From positions 372,001 to 436,000 of the forward strand of contig JAXLNO010000600.1 of the NCBI GenBank assembly GCA_038087875.1: a DNA stretch of 64,000 bases, in the 5' to 3' direction. The notes under the pieces were generated by a model. The model searched no databases. It was not told where the DNA came from and was given only the letters and a program-made list of their open reading frames with translations. The DNA is from Malacoraja senta (lineage: Eukaryota). Of the stretch, positions 63,726 through 64,000 are shown in pieces (within the stretch, counting starts at the first letter, position 1; every line of letters starts with the position of its first letter). A program made the translations under genes and the position numbers.

Positions 63726-64000
63726 TCCCTTAAACTTCATCAGTGGAGAATGAGACTGAACATTATTAACCAGGAGCTAACAGATTTGTTGGACAGAACG
63801 GCTTTCAAAACCATGCTATTTGTGTGACTTCACATAGCCTAAAGTTCAGGCAATTTAGGGTACAATCCAGAAACATCGCCCTTCCATTCTCCACACAGAT
63901 GCTGCCTGACCTGATGATTTCCTCCAGCCCTTTGTGTTTTGCTCAGAATTCCAGCATCTGCAGTTCCTATTATCTCCAGGATTGCTTTATATTGAGCTCA

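Overview
Eukaryotic, repeat-dominated genomic DNA, most likely from a cartilaginous fish (skate or ray). This is inferred from the HE1/V-SINE-like SINEs and the CR1/Penelope/Rex1 repeat mix, not from a database match. The only host gene seen is ABCB6 (ABC half-transporter, + strand). Seven short GT-AG coding exons between 2992 and 33808 (66, 126, 77, 64, 86, 58 and 105 nt) splice in frame to 194 codons, covering the last transmembrane helices through the Walker A motif. I found no further exon in the remaining ~30 kb. The rest is intronic and filled with transposons: many CR1 LINE fragments, one near-full-length CR1 (esterase ORF1, 80-bp 5' tandem repeats), Penelope GIY-YIG fragments and fold-back Penelope stubs with a hammerhead-like core, L2 and Rex1/Babar fragments, tRNA-derived SINEs, eight PIF/Harbinger-type MITEs, a Tc1 one base from intact, a non-autonomous Helitron, an unclassified DNA element with a 7-bp TSD, and a GC-rich non-autonomous retroelement family. 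I see no convincing new multi-gene system. The best leads are the odd mobile elements and unusual substitutions in ABCB6 TM helices. Repeat boundaries are approximate unless a TSD or terminus is quoted.
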